Of a stretch of DNA of 64,000 nucleotides, positions 32,285 through 41,158 are shown piece after piece. Position 1 is the first letter of the stretch, and each line of letters opens with the position of its first letter. The stretch is taken from contig CAVZKA010000002.1 of NCBI GenBank assembly GCA_963775725.1, positions 1,320,242 through 1,384,241 on the forward strand, written 5' to 3'. This DNA comes from an uncultured Acidobacteriota bacterium. GTDB taxonomy: Bacteria > Acidobacteriota > Thermoanaerobaculia > UBA5066 > Gp7-AA6. Under the pieces are notes generated by a model, which was not told the DNA's origin, did not search any database, and saw nothing but the letters and a program-made list of their open reading frames with translations. The position numbers were made by a program, and so were the translations under genes.

Positions 32285-34374
32285 CTCAGGCTCACGATCA
32301 CCCAGTTGTCGCCGCGCTTCTCGAGCGTGAAGACGCGCTCGCGCTCGTCATGCTGTTCGCCTCCCACGCGGGGGATCGCAACCAGCCGCTGGTGCGCGCG
32401 GACCACCGCATGGGAGCCCTTGAGCTCGATGTTGCGTACCTCCAGCTCGAGCTGCTGCGACTTGAGTCCCTGCCAGGCGCTTTCGATGCTGGAACGCGCT
32501 TGCCCGGACAGCGCGGGATAGACCTGCGCGTAGAGGTTGAGGTCCAGGGTGTTCTGGGACCGTTCGTAATCCTGCAGGACCTGGCGGATCTTCTCCTGGT
32601 CGGAAGGTGCGGCGTGTGCGGCCGCCGTCGGAGGCGAGGACGGGACCCTGGCCGGCGCCGGCGCTGCAGAGGGGACGGAGACCGCGGGCGCGGCTGGCTG
32701 CGGGCGCGCGGTCGGCTCCGGCAGGGCGGCGATTCGTTCGACGGGAGTCGGGCGTCTTTCCGACGCCTTTCGGCCCGAGGTCTCGGCCTGGCCGAAAGCA
32801 CCGGCCCCGGCATCGAAGGCCGCGCGGGCGCCTGCATAGTTGCGCTGCGCCATGAGCCGCTGTCCTTCCTTCTCCTGGGCCCGGCCGAACTCATACAGGT
32901 CGGCCGCCGCGCTCGGGGCTCCGGCACGCTCGGCGTTCTGCCTCGCGCGGCCCGCGCGAGCGCGCGCCTCTTCGGCCTGCCGGGCCAGCCGAGCCGACTC
33001 CTCCGCGGCAGCCGCAGCCTCCTTCGCATCGGGAACGACGGGGCTCGGCGGGGGGCTCGGTTCCGGCGGCGCCGCCGCCACGATGGCCTGCGGGCTCGGT
33101 TCCGGTGCGGCGGAAACGGCGGGTGCGGGAGTCTCCACGGGGGGCGCGACGGGCTGGTGAACGCTCGGGCGGGCCCATGGCTTGAGCAGCGCCAGCCCCG
33201 CGGCGAGCACGAGGAAGCCGCCGGCAACCGCGAACCAGGCGGTTCGGCGCGCGGGCCTGGGCGAGGGGAGGTCCGGGGATGAGCGCTTCTCGCTCTCGAT
33301 CTTCCCGCCGGCGCTCGCGACGCTCGCCGTCGCCGGGTGTCCCTCCTCGCGATACGGGGTCGAGGCCTGCACCACGAACTGTCGGTTCAGCCGACTCTGG
33401 GCGCTCGGCGTGACCGTGGGGCCCGGCGCAACGGTCATGACCTGCGAAACCGGGCCCGACGGGGCGATCGGCTGGATGGAAACCGTGCGCTCCAGCTTCG
33501 CCGGCGGAGGGAAACGCTGGCGGAGCGTCGCGAGCTCCTGGTCGAACTCCTCGGCGGAAGAGAATCGGTCCTCCCTGGCCTTCTCGAGCGCCTTCAGAAT
33601 CACGGCGCGCAGTTCCGGGGGGACCTTTCCCTGGGGATCTGTCTGCGAGAAAGGGATGGGGGGCTCGAAGAGATGGGCCTTCAGGAGCTCCGCGGCCGTG
33701 TTGCCCCGGATCGGGCGCGTTCCGGTCAGCAGCTCGTAGAGGACGAGGCCCATGGAATAGAGATCGCTGCGGCCGTCGAGTCTTTGACCGGCCGGCAGCG
33801 CGCCGTATTGCTCCGGGGAGGCGTACTTCAACTTTCCCAGGAAGACACCCGTGGACGTTACCTCGACGGGTCTGTCCATCGCCTTGGCGATTCCGAGATC
33901 GATGACCTTGACGAGCGCTCTTCCCTCGTCGTCGCGCGTCAGCATGAGGTTGTCGGGCGCGACGTCGCGGTGCACGACATTGCCGCGGTGGAGGTAGCCG
34001 AGCGCGAGGAGCGCCTGATGGGTGATCTCCAGAGCGAGCCCGACGGAGGGGGACCCCTTGAGCGCCAGCAGCTCGTTGAGGTTGACGCCGTCGATGAACT
34101 CCATGACGAGGTAGGCCGTCCCGTCGTCGTCCAGCGCAAAATCGTGGATCGTGCCGATGTTCGGGTGTTTGAGCCGGGTCGCGGTCTTGGCCTCTTCGAC
34201 GAAACGGAGCTTCAATTCCTCGTCGACGGCGACCTGCGGCCGCATGACCTTGACGACACGGATCTCGTCGAGGAGGCGGTGGCGAACCTTGTAGATCGCC
34301 CCCATCCCGCCCTCGCCCATCTTGCCGAGGATCTCGTATTTTCCCTCGATGAGTGTGCCGGGTTCCTGTTGCAA
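32281..34374 (-). CDS. Membrane Ser/Thr protein kinase with C-terminal SnoaL/NTF2-like domain
   Basis: GEGGMG, VVK, HRDVAPDN, DLG, YASPE, DLYS; TM at AWFAVAGGFLVLAAG; Pro/Ala linker; C-terminal small alpha/beta domain. Confidence 0.9.
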   Translation of the reverse strand: MQQEPGTLIEGKYEILGKMGEGGMGAIYKVRHRLLDEIRVVKVMRPQVAVDEELKLRFVEEAKTATRLKHPNIGTIHDFALDDDGTAYLVMEFIDGVNLNELLALKGSPSVGLALEITHQALLALGYLHRGNVVHRDVAPDNLMLTRDDEGRALVKVIDLGIAKAMDRPVEVTSTGVFLGKLKYASPEQYGALPAGQRLDGRSDLYSMGLVLYELLTGTRPIRGNTAAELLKAHLFEPPIPFSQTDPQGKVPPELRAVILKALEKAREDRFSSAEEFDQELATLRQRFPPPAKLERTVSIQPIAPSGPVSQVMTVAPGPTVTPSAQSRLNRQFVVQASTPYREEGHPATASVASAGGKIESEKRSSPDLPSPRPARRTAWFAVAGGFLVLAAGLALLKPWARPSVHQPVAPPVETPAPAVSAAPEPSPQAIVAAAPPEPSPPPSPVVPDAKEAAAAAEESARLARQAEEARARAGRARQNAERAGAPSAAADLYEFGRAQEKEGQRLMAQRNYAGARAAFDAGAGAFGQAETSGRKASERRPTPVERIAALPEPTARPQPAAPAVSVPSAAPAPARVPSSPPTAAAHAAPSDQEKIRQVLQDYERSQNTLDLNLYAQVYPALSGQARSSIESAWQGLKSQQLELEVRNIELKGSHAVVRAHQRLVAIPRVGGEQHDERERVFTLEKRGDNWVIVSLS

Positions 34375-34471
34375 GGGAGAGCTTGACCTCCGGAGTCAGG
34401 TTTTGCCGGATTGTAGTCCCGAAGCGCAGGGGGCCCCTGCTCGAGGGGGGATGCGCAGCGGCCCGGCGCGA

Positions 34472-34918
34472 CTATTTCGCGGCGTAGTCGACGGGCGCGG
34501 AGCGGCCGATCACGACCGAGTCGTGCGGGCCGACCTTCGCGACGATCTGGAACCAGAGCCGGATCGGCTTCTTCAACCTCGGATCGGCCCACACGCGCGA
34601 GAGGGGATAGCTCACGAACTCGGATCCCTTCGCGGCCGTGAGGATCGAGTGATCGGCGAGCCGGGCGGAGTGGTTGAAGGAGGTGCCGTCCGCCGCCTGG
34701 AACTGGGTCACCAGATAGTAGGTGTCGGCCTGCTCCTGGAAATTGTCGATCGTGAAGGCCACGGTCGCTGCGAGCACGGTCGACTCGTCGATCTGCGAGC
34801 CGGCGGGCGGCGTGATCGCGCCGACCGCGAGGGCGGCGGTCGAGGGCTGCGGACTGCTCGCGCAGCCGGCCGTGACTGCGAGCAGGGCGAGGGAGCCGAC
34901 GAGACGTCGAATTTGCAT
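34472..34918 (-). CDS. Putative lipoprotein
   Basis: MQIRRLVGSLALLAVTAG-C lipobox; Ig-like composition. Confidence 0.65.
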   Translation of the reverse strand: MQIRRLVGSLALLAVTAGCASSPQPSTAALAVGAITPPAGSQIDESTVLAATVAFTIDNFQEQADTYYLVTQFQAADGTSFNHSARLADHSILTAAKGSEFVSYPLSRVWADPRLKKPIRLWFQIVAKVGPHDSVVIGRSAPVDYAAK

Positions 34919-34950
34919 GGCGCCATTTTCCCCCGGAACCGGGACGCCTC

Positions 34951-35418
34951 CTAGCCCTGTCCCATCGCGGCCATGCGCTTCTTCATCTCCTCCGGCGTCA
35001 CGTCCTCGATGTGCGTCCCGACGTGCCACTGGTGCCCGAACGGATCCTGGATCGTGCCCATGCGGTCGCCGTAGAACTTGTCCTCGACGGGGCGATCGAG
35101 CTTCGCCCCGGCGGCGAGGGCCCGTTCGACCGTCTTGTCAGTGTTTTCGACGTACACGAGCAGCGAGAGCGGCGTGCCGCCCACGGACTTCGGCGACCGC
35201 GCGTTGATCTCGGGGTTCTCGTCGGCCAGCATGACGTGCGAGTCGCCGATCGTGATTTCCGCATGCCCGATGCGCCCACCGGGAGCGGGCATGCGCATCA
35301 ATTCGGTCGCCCCGAAGACCTTCTTGTAGAACTCGATCGCCGCCGCGGCGCCGTCGACGATGAGGTACGGCGTCACGCTGTGGTATCCCTCGGGAATCGG
35401 TTTCACCTTGCCTGGCAT
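34951..35418 (-). CDS. VOC/glyoxalase (PhnB-like) protein
   Basis: IPEGYHSVTPYL, HAEITIGDS, FYGDRMG...DPFGHQW. Confidence 0.92.
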   Translation of the reverse strand: MPGKVKPIPEGYHSVTPYLIVDGAAAAIEFYKKVFGATELMRMPAPGGRIGHAEITIGDSHVMLADENPEINARSPKSVGGTPLSLLVYVENTDKTVERALAAGAKLDRPVEDKFYGDRMGTIQDPFGHQWHVGTHIEDVTPEEMKKRMAAMGQG

Positions 35419-35466
35419 GGGTTGGCTCCTTTCATCTCTCATCCAGGTCACAAATCTATACCCGGC

Positions 35467-35491
35467 GGAACCTTTCGCCGGCCGACCCGTA
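35467..35491 (+). promoter_or_regulatory. Possible ECF-sigma promoter
   Basis: GGAAC-N16-CGTA 15 nt upstream of the permease ATG. Confidence 0.35.
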
Positions 35492-35506
35492 TCCCGTGGA
35501 AGGAAC

Positions 35507-37957
35507 ATGGGCGGACTCTGGCAGGACCTCCGGCACGCGGCGCGGATGCTGGGCAAGAAGCCCGGCGTCCCCGCGATCATGGTCGTCACGCTCGCGCTCG
35601 GTATCGGCGCGACGACGGCCATCTTCAGCGTCGTCTACGGCGTCCTTCTTCGGCCGCTGCCGTACTCCGACGCGAGCCGGATCATGGCCGTCTTCGAGGT
35701 CACCTCGAAGGGCAGGCCCTCGCGCCTGGCGGACCCCAACTTCGACGACTTCCGGGATCAGAACCGCAGTTTCCTGGCGATGGCCAGGTACAACGACTAC
35801 TTCATGTCGGTTTCGGGCGCCCTCCAGCCCACGCGCACGGACGTGGCGCACGTGTCGGCCGGCTTCCTCGGGATCTTCGGCGTCCGGCCGTTGCTCGGGC
35901 GGGACTTCGGCCCGACCGACGACAGGAAGGGAGCCGCGCCCACCGTCCTCGTCAGCGAAGGGTACTGGAGGCAGAACCTCGGGTCGCAGCGCGACCTCTC
36001 GCAGGCGCACCTGAAGATCGACGACCAGATGTACTCCGTCATCGGCGTGCTTCCGGCCGGGTTCCGCTTTCCCGCGGACGCGGAGCTGTGGGTGCCGGCC
36101 GGCCTCGACGGAGAAAATCCGAGCCGTACTTCGCACAACTGCAGCGCCGTCGGGCGCCTGCGACGCGGCGTGACGGTCGCGCAGGCGAACCGGGACATCA
36201 GCGCGATCGCACGCCGGATCCACGAAGGATCGAGCGAGAAGGGCGACTACCTTCTCGTGGACGGGACGGTCCAGCCGCTCCAGGACGCGATCACGGGGAA
36301 AGCGCGCGGGGCGCTGCTGATTCTCCTCGGCGCGGTGGGATTCCTGCTGCTCGTGGCGTGCGCGAACGTGGCGAACCTGCTGCTCGCGCAGGCCTCGGTG
36401 CGCGACCGCGAGCTCGCCATCCGCAGCGCTCTCGGGGCGCCACGCGGACGGCTGGTGCGCCAGTTCCTGACCGAAGCCTTCCTGCTTTCCCTCGCCGGCG
36501 GCGTCCTCGGCGTCGTGGGGGCGCTGGCCGGAGTCCGCGGATTGGTCTCCCTGGCGCCCGCGAGCCTGCCGCGCCTCGAGAGCGTCGCGATCAGTCTTCC
36601 GGTGCTCGTGTTCGCGTTCCTCCTTTCCACCGCCGTCGCCGCGGGCCTCGGCGTCTTCACCGCCGTCCGCGCGACGTCTGGCGATCTGCGCAGGGGGCTC
36701 GGCGAGGGCGGGCGCGGACAGGCGGGATCACAGGCCAGCCAGCGGGCCGGCCGGATCATCGTGTCGGCGCAGATCGCGATCACGCTGGTGCTCGTCGTCG
36801 GGGCGGGATTGCTCGGGCGCAGCCTGATGAAGGTGCTCGACGTGAATCCCGGGTTCCGCGTAGACAAGATCGTCACCATGGACGTCTCGCTTCCGTGGGT
36901 GGACGATCCAAAGCAGAAAGCCGGCCAGGCGATCTTCTTTTCGCGCTTGATCGACCGGCTCGAGCAGATCCCGGGAGTGCAGCGGGTCGGCGCGACGAGC
37001 GGACTGCCGCTCGACGGCGGGCACCCCGACGGGACGTTCGTGCTGGCGACGCAGGACGAAGTTCCGAAGACGACGGACGGGCTCGGCGCGCTGTTCCAGC
37101 AGAAGGAGCGTCTGGGCGTCGCCGACTTCTGCGTTGCGACGGATGGCTACTTCCAGGTCCTCGGGATTCCGCTGGTTCGCGGGCGCGCCTTCGACGAGCG
37201 CGACGGACCCGACGCCCCGCACGTCGCCCTGATCACCGAATCGCTCGCGCGCGAGCGCTGGCCGGGCCAGGACCCGATCGGCCGCACGATCGAGTTCGGG
37301 AACATGGACGGCGACCTGCGCGTGCTCACCATCATCGGAATCGTGCGCGACACCCACGAGTACGGTCTCGACGTGCCCCCGCGGCCGACGGTCTACGTGA
37401 ACCTCTTCCAGCGCCCGCGCTCGGCCGTCACCCTCACGATGCTCGGCGACGCCGACCCGCGCCTCGTCACCTCGGCGGCGCGCGGCATTCTCCAGGAGCT
37501 CGACCCGGAGGTCCCGACGAAGTTCCGGACCCTTTCGCAGGTCTATTCGGATTCGCTCGGCTCGCGGAGATTCAACGTCCTTCTCATCGGGTTCTTCGCG
37601 GTCGCGGCGCTGCTGCTCGCGACGGCCGGCGTCTTCGGCGTCATGGCCTACTCGGTCAGCCGCCGCACGCGCGAGATCGGCGTGCGCGTCGCTCTCGGCG
37701 CGAGCGCGGCTGACGTCCTGCGGCTGATCGTCGGCCAGGGAGTGCGCACGATCGGCATCGGGGTCGCGATCGGGATCGCGGGCGCGCTCGCGCTCACGCG
37801 AACCGTCGCCTCGCTGCTCTTCGGCGTCACGGCCACGGATCCCGCGACCTTCGGCGGCGTGACGCTGCTTCTCGTCGGCGCGGCGCTCTCGGCCTGCTAC
37901 TTCCCGGCGCGGCGGGCGACGAAAGTCGATCCGATGGTCGCGCTGCGGCACGATTAG
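35507..37957 (+). CDS. ADOP-type duplicated MacB/FtsX ABC permease
   Basis: WQDLRHAARML, LALGIGATTAIFS, LLVACANVANLLLA...RELAIRSALGA, RTREIGVRVALGA, DPMVALR; no adjacent ATPase. Confidence 0.92.
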   Translation: MGGLWQDLRHAARMLGKKPGVPAIMVVTLALGIGATTAIFSVVYGVLLRPLPYSDASRIMAVFEVTSKGRPSRLADPNFDDFRDQNRSFLAMARYNDYFMSVSGALQPTRTDVAHVSAGFLGIFGVRPLLGRDFGPTDDRKGAAPTVLVSEGYWRQNLGSQRDLSQAHLKIDDQMYSVIGVLPAGFRFPADAELWVPAGLDGENPSRTSHNCSAVGRLRRGVTVAQANRDISAIARRIHEGSSEKGDYLLVDGTVQPLQDAITGKARGALLILLGAVGFLLLVACANVANLLLAQASVRDRELAIRSALGAPRGRLVRQFLTEAFLLSLAGGVLGVVGALAGVRGLVSLAPASLPRLESVAISLPVLVFAFLLSTAVAAGLGVFTAVRATSGDLRRGLGEGGRGQAGSQASQRAGRIIVSAQIAITLVLVVGAGLLGRSLMKVLDVNPGFRVDKIVTMDVSLPWVDDPKQKAGQAIFFSRLIDRLEQIPGVQRVGATSGLPLDGGHPDGTFVLATQDEVPKTTDGLGALFQQKERLGVADFCVATDGYFQVLGIPLVRGRAFDERDGPDAPHVALITESLARERWPGQDPIGRTIEFGNMDGDLRVLTIIGIVRDTHEYGLDVPPRPTVYVNLFQRPRSAVTLTMLGDADPRLVTSAARGILQELDPEVPTKFRTLSQVYSDSLGSRRFNVLLIGFFAVAALLLATAGVFGVMAYSVSRRTREIGVRVALGASAADVLRLIVGQGVRTIGIGVAIGIAGALALTRTVASLLFGVTATDPATFGGVTLLLVGAALSACYFPARRATKVDPMVALRHD

Positions 37958-37961
37958 CCGC

Positions 37962-38570
37962 ATGCGTCCTTGCCTCATGGCTGTCCCGGCGCTGTTGCTG
38001 TCGGCGGAGCTGCTGGCTCAGACCGCGCCGCTGCGCCGCGTCGAGGGCGGCACGTTGATCTCGACCGCCGACCCCGCCGCGTCGTTCTCGTTCGACGAGG
38101 CTTTCCGGTACGCGGGCGGGCAGTCCATCGACATCCTGAAGGTCGCCGGCGCGGAGCAGTATTTCTTCATCGACGCCGGGGCCGATCGGTCGATCCGCCG
38201 CTTCTGCTGGATCCAGTTCGAGCACTACTATCCGAGCAACAACGACACCTACGACTATTCGGGGATCCCGCAGAAGCCCGTGGCGCTCGGGCGTCTCGCG
38301 TTCGTGGGCGACGTCAGAGTGAGCCCGAATTACTTCACGATGGACGATCGGCCCGGCTCCGACTCCAGGGCCGCCTCGGACTTCCTTCGCGCCAGGGGCT
38401 TCAAGATCGCCGGCACCTTCGTCAGCCTTCGTCTCTTCCACCTTCCGGACGCCACCAGGCGCCGGGAGCTCATGATCATCTACGGCGAGGTCCTTCGCGC
38501 CGGAGAATCGAAGGATCGCGCCGCCTCACAGATCACGGAGCACGCACGGGCGCACATCGCGGTGCGGTGA
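37962..38570 (+). CDS. Hypothetical exported protein
   Basis: Signal-like N-terminus; 4 nt after the permease stop; consistent codon bias. Confidence 0.65.
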   Translation: MRPCLMAVPALLLSAELLAQTAPLRRVEGGTLISTADPAASFSFDEAFRYAGGQSIDILKVAGAEQYFFIDAGADRSIRRFCWIQFEHYYPSNNDTYDYSGIPQKPVALGRLAFVGDVRVSPNYFTMDDRPGSDSRAASDFLRARGFKIAGTFVSLRLFHLPDATRRRELMIIYGEVLRAGESKDRAASQITEHARAHIAVR

Positions 38571-38637
38571 GCGCGAAATCCGCCCGGGCGACGCGCTAAG
38601 ATCGCGCGCCGAACGCTTCCGTCAAAAGAGGTGCCCG

Positions 38638-41103
38638 ATGCGCTCCCTGGCTCTGGCGACATGGATCCTGGCCGCCGCCTCGAACTCGACACAGGGTCAG
38701 GCCCCCGCGAAACCCGCCGAGGCCGCTTCCGACGCGGTGCCGACGATCTCGGAGCGGACCCGCGGCCTCGAGCGCCACGACGGGTTTCTGCCCTTCTACT
38801 GGGATGCCCGGCGCGGGCAGCTGCTGCTGGAGGTCTCGGGGCGTGCCGGGGATTTCCTCTACGGCTCGGGGCTGGCCGGGGGAGCGGGTGTGCTCGAGGT
38901 CAGCCTCGACCGCGGACAGAGCAGCGGACTCGGCGTCTGCCGGTTCGAGCGCGTGGGCCCGCGCGTTCTGCTCGTGCAGCGGCAGACGACGCACGGCAGT
39001 GGCACCGACGACCCGGAGCGCTCGCGGGTGGTCGAAGAATCGTTTCCATCGTCGGTCCTCGCGTCGCTTCCGATCGCGGCGGAACAGGGGGAGCGCATTC
39101 TGGTGGACGCCACCGCGTTCCTGCTGGCCGATACCGAGATCCTCCCGGCGCTCAAAGCGGCCCGCGTCGGCGAGTGGAAGCAGGATGCCGCGCGCTCGGC
39201 GTTCCACTTCGAGCGTACCGGCGCCTTCCCGAGGAACACGGAGATCGAGGCCGTTCTGACGTTCGTCTCGGAGGGGGCGCCGGCGGCCGTCACCGGTGTT
39301 CTGCCCGACGGGCGCACGATGAGCCTGCGTGTCCACTATACGTTCCTGAAGCTGCCGGAGCCGGGCTATCGGCCGCGGGCCTTCGACCCGCGGATCGGCT
39401 TCATCCCGCTGCGGCGACTCGATCACACGGCGCCGTTCACCGAGCCGATCGAGAAGTTCCTCGCCATGCGCTGGCGCCTCGAGAAGAAGGACCCGTCGGC
39501 CGCGATCTCCGAGCCCGTGCAGCCGATCGTCTACTACCTCGACCGCGGCATGCCCGAGCCCGAGCGGTCCGCGGTCCGGGAGGCGGCGCTCTGGTGGAAC
39601 CACGCCTTCGAGAAGGCCGGGTTCCGCAACGCCTTGGTGATCCAGGATCTGCCGCCCGGAGCGACGTTCCTCGACGCGCGCTACTCGGGAATCGAATGGA
39701 TCAACCGGGCCGAGCGGGCCTGGTCCGTCGGCGACGTCCAGGTCGATCCACGCACGGGCGAGATCCTGCACGGAGTGGCGCGCATCGACTCGCACCGGCG
39801 CCGCACGACCGCGCGGCTCTGGCGAAACCTCGAGCCGCCGGCCTCGGCGAAGGCCTGTCTCGCGGCGGATTCACCCGCCGTCTCCGGGCTCGTGCCGGGC
39901 GGCGAGGCCGCAGAGGAATCCCTGGTGCTGCAGCGCCTGGCGTACCTTTCGGCGCACGAGGTCGGCCACACCCTGGGTCTCGAGCACAACTGGGCCGCGA
40001 CGACGTTCGGCTGGGGCTCGGTGATGGACTATCTCGCGCCGAACATCCAGATCAAGAACGGAGCCCTCGACCTGTCCGATGCCTACCCGAAGAACGTCGG
40101 CGCCTACGACGTCCTGGCGATCGCGTGGGGCTACACGCCGGAGCAGAATCCGCAGCGGCTCGACGCGATCGTGCGCGAGGGCCTGGCGAAGGGAATCGTC
40201 TATCCGCTGGAAGGCGACCCGCGCTGGGCCGAGTACGACTGGGGCCCGGAGCCGGAGCGATGGCTCGCGACGACACAGGCGGTGCGCCGCGTGATCCTGG
40301 ACCGGTTCGGCGCGGGCCAGCTGAAGCCCGGCGAATGGACGTACGAGCTCCAGGAGCGTTTCAACCTCGCGTACCTGTACCACCGCTTCGGAATCCAGGC
40401 GGCACAGAACTACGTCGGCGGGCAATACCAGACCCCGGCCGTCGCCGGCGACGGCCAGATCCCGGTCGCCTGGGTTTCCGCGGACAAGCAGCGGGCGGCG
40501 CTCGGTCTCCTGCTCGCGGCGCTCGAGCCCGCCAACCTCGACATCTCCGATTCCATTCTGGCCGTCCTCGTTCCGCCGCCGACCGACACGCCCCGCAGCC
40601 GCGAGCAGTTCCCGTCGGCAGCGGGCGCGGCGTTCGACCGGCTGACGGCGGCGCGGGTCCTCGCCGCGCTGATCGTGGATCCGCTGCTCGACCCCGAGCG
40701 CGCGGCGCGCCTCGCGCTCGCCTCGGGTCCCGATGCCTTGACGCTGGACGGAATGCTCGCGCGGCTCATCGCGGCCACCTGGGGCGCGCCGCCGGACGCA
40801 TCGCCGCGCCTGGCCGGCCTGCGCCGGCTCGCGCAGCGGGAAGTGCTCGACGCGATGATGGACCTCGCCGCGCGTCCCGAGACGTCTCCCGAAGTGCGCG
40901 CGGCCGCGACGGCTCGCCTGGCAATGCTGCGCGGCGACCTGCGCGCGCGCCCGCGGCCGGCCGACCCGGCGGCGCAGGCTCACGTGCGGCTGGCGGAGCG
41001 GGACCTCTCGGAGTTCCTGGAAAAGCCCGAGATGCGCCGGCCGCGGAAGGACCGGCCCGCGGCCCCGCCGGGCAGGCCGATCGGGCTCCCATCCTCGCCC
41101 TAG
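38638..41103 (+). CDS. Secreted zinc metalloprotease (DUF5117/EcxA-like metzincin)
   Basis: Signal peptide; AHEVGHTLGLEHN, SVMDY Met-turn, DPRTGEI. Confidence 0.9.
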   Translation: MRSLALATWILAAASNSTQGQAPAKPAEAASDAVPTISERTRGLERHDGFLPFYWDARRGQLLLEVSGRAGDFLYGSGLAGGAGVLEVSLDRGQSSGLGVCRFERVGPRVLLVQRQTTHGSGTDDPERSRVVEESFPSSVLASLPIAAEQGERILVDATAFLLADTEILPALKAARVGEWKQDAARSAFHFERTGAFPRNTEIEAVLTFVSEGAPAAVTGVLPDGRTMSLRVHYTFLKLPEPGYRPRAFDPRIGFIPLRRLDHTAPFTEPIEKFLAMRWRLEKKDPSAAISEPVQPIVYYLDRGMPEPERSAVREAALWWNHAFEKAGFRNALVIQDLPPGATFLDARYSGIEWINRAERAWSVGDVQVDPRTGEILHGVARIDSHRRRTTARLWRNLEPPASAKACLAADSPAVSGLVPGGEAAEESLVLQRLAYLSAHEVGHTLGLEHNWAATTFGWGSVMDYLAPNIQIKNGALDLSDAYPKNVGAYDVLAIAWGYTPEQNPQRLDAIVREGLAKGIVYPLEGDPRWAEYDWGPEPERWLATTQAVRRVILDRFGAGQLKPGEWTYELQERFNLAYLYHRFGIQAAQNYVGGQYQTPAVAGDGQIPVAWVSADKQRAALGLLLAALEPANLDISDSILAVLVPPPTDTPRSREQFPSAAGAAFDRLTAARVLAALIVDPLLDPERAARLALASGPDALTLDGMLARLIAATWGAPPDASPRLAGLRRLAQREVLDAMMDLAARPETSPEVRAAATARLAMLRGDLRARPRPADPAAQAHVRLAERDLSEFLEKPEMRRPRKDRPAAPPGRPIGLPSSP

Positions 41104-41158
41104 ACGAGGGGGCGCGGGGGCGCTCCCGGTATGATCCGCGCCTCCTGGAGGTGGAGGA

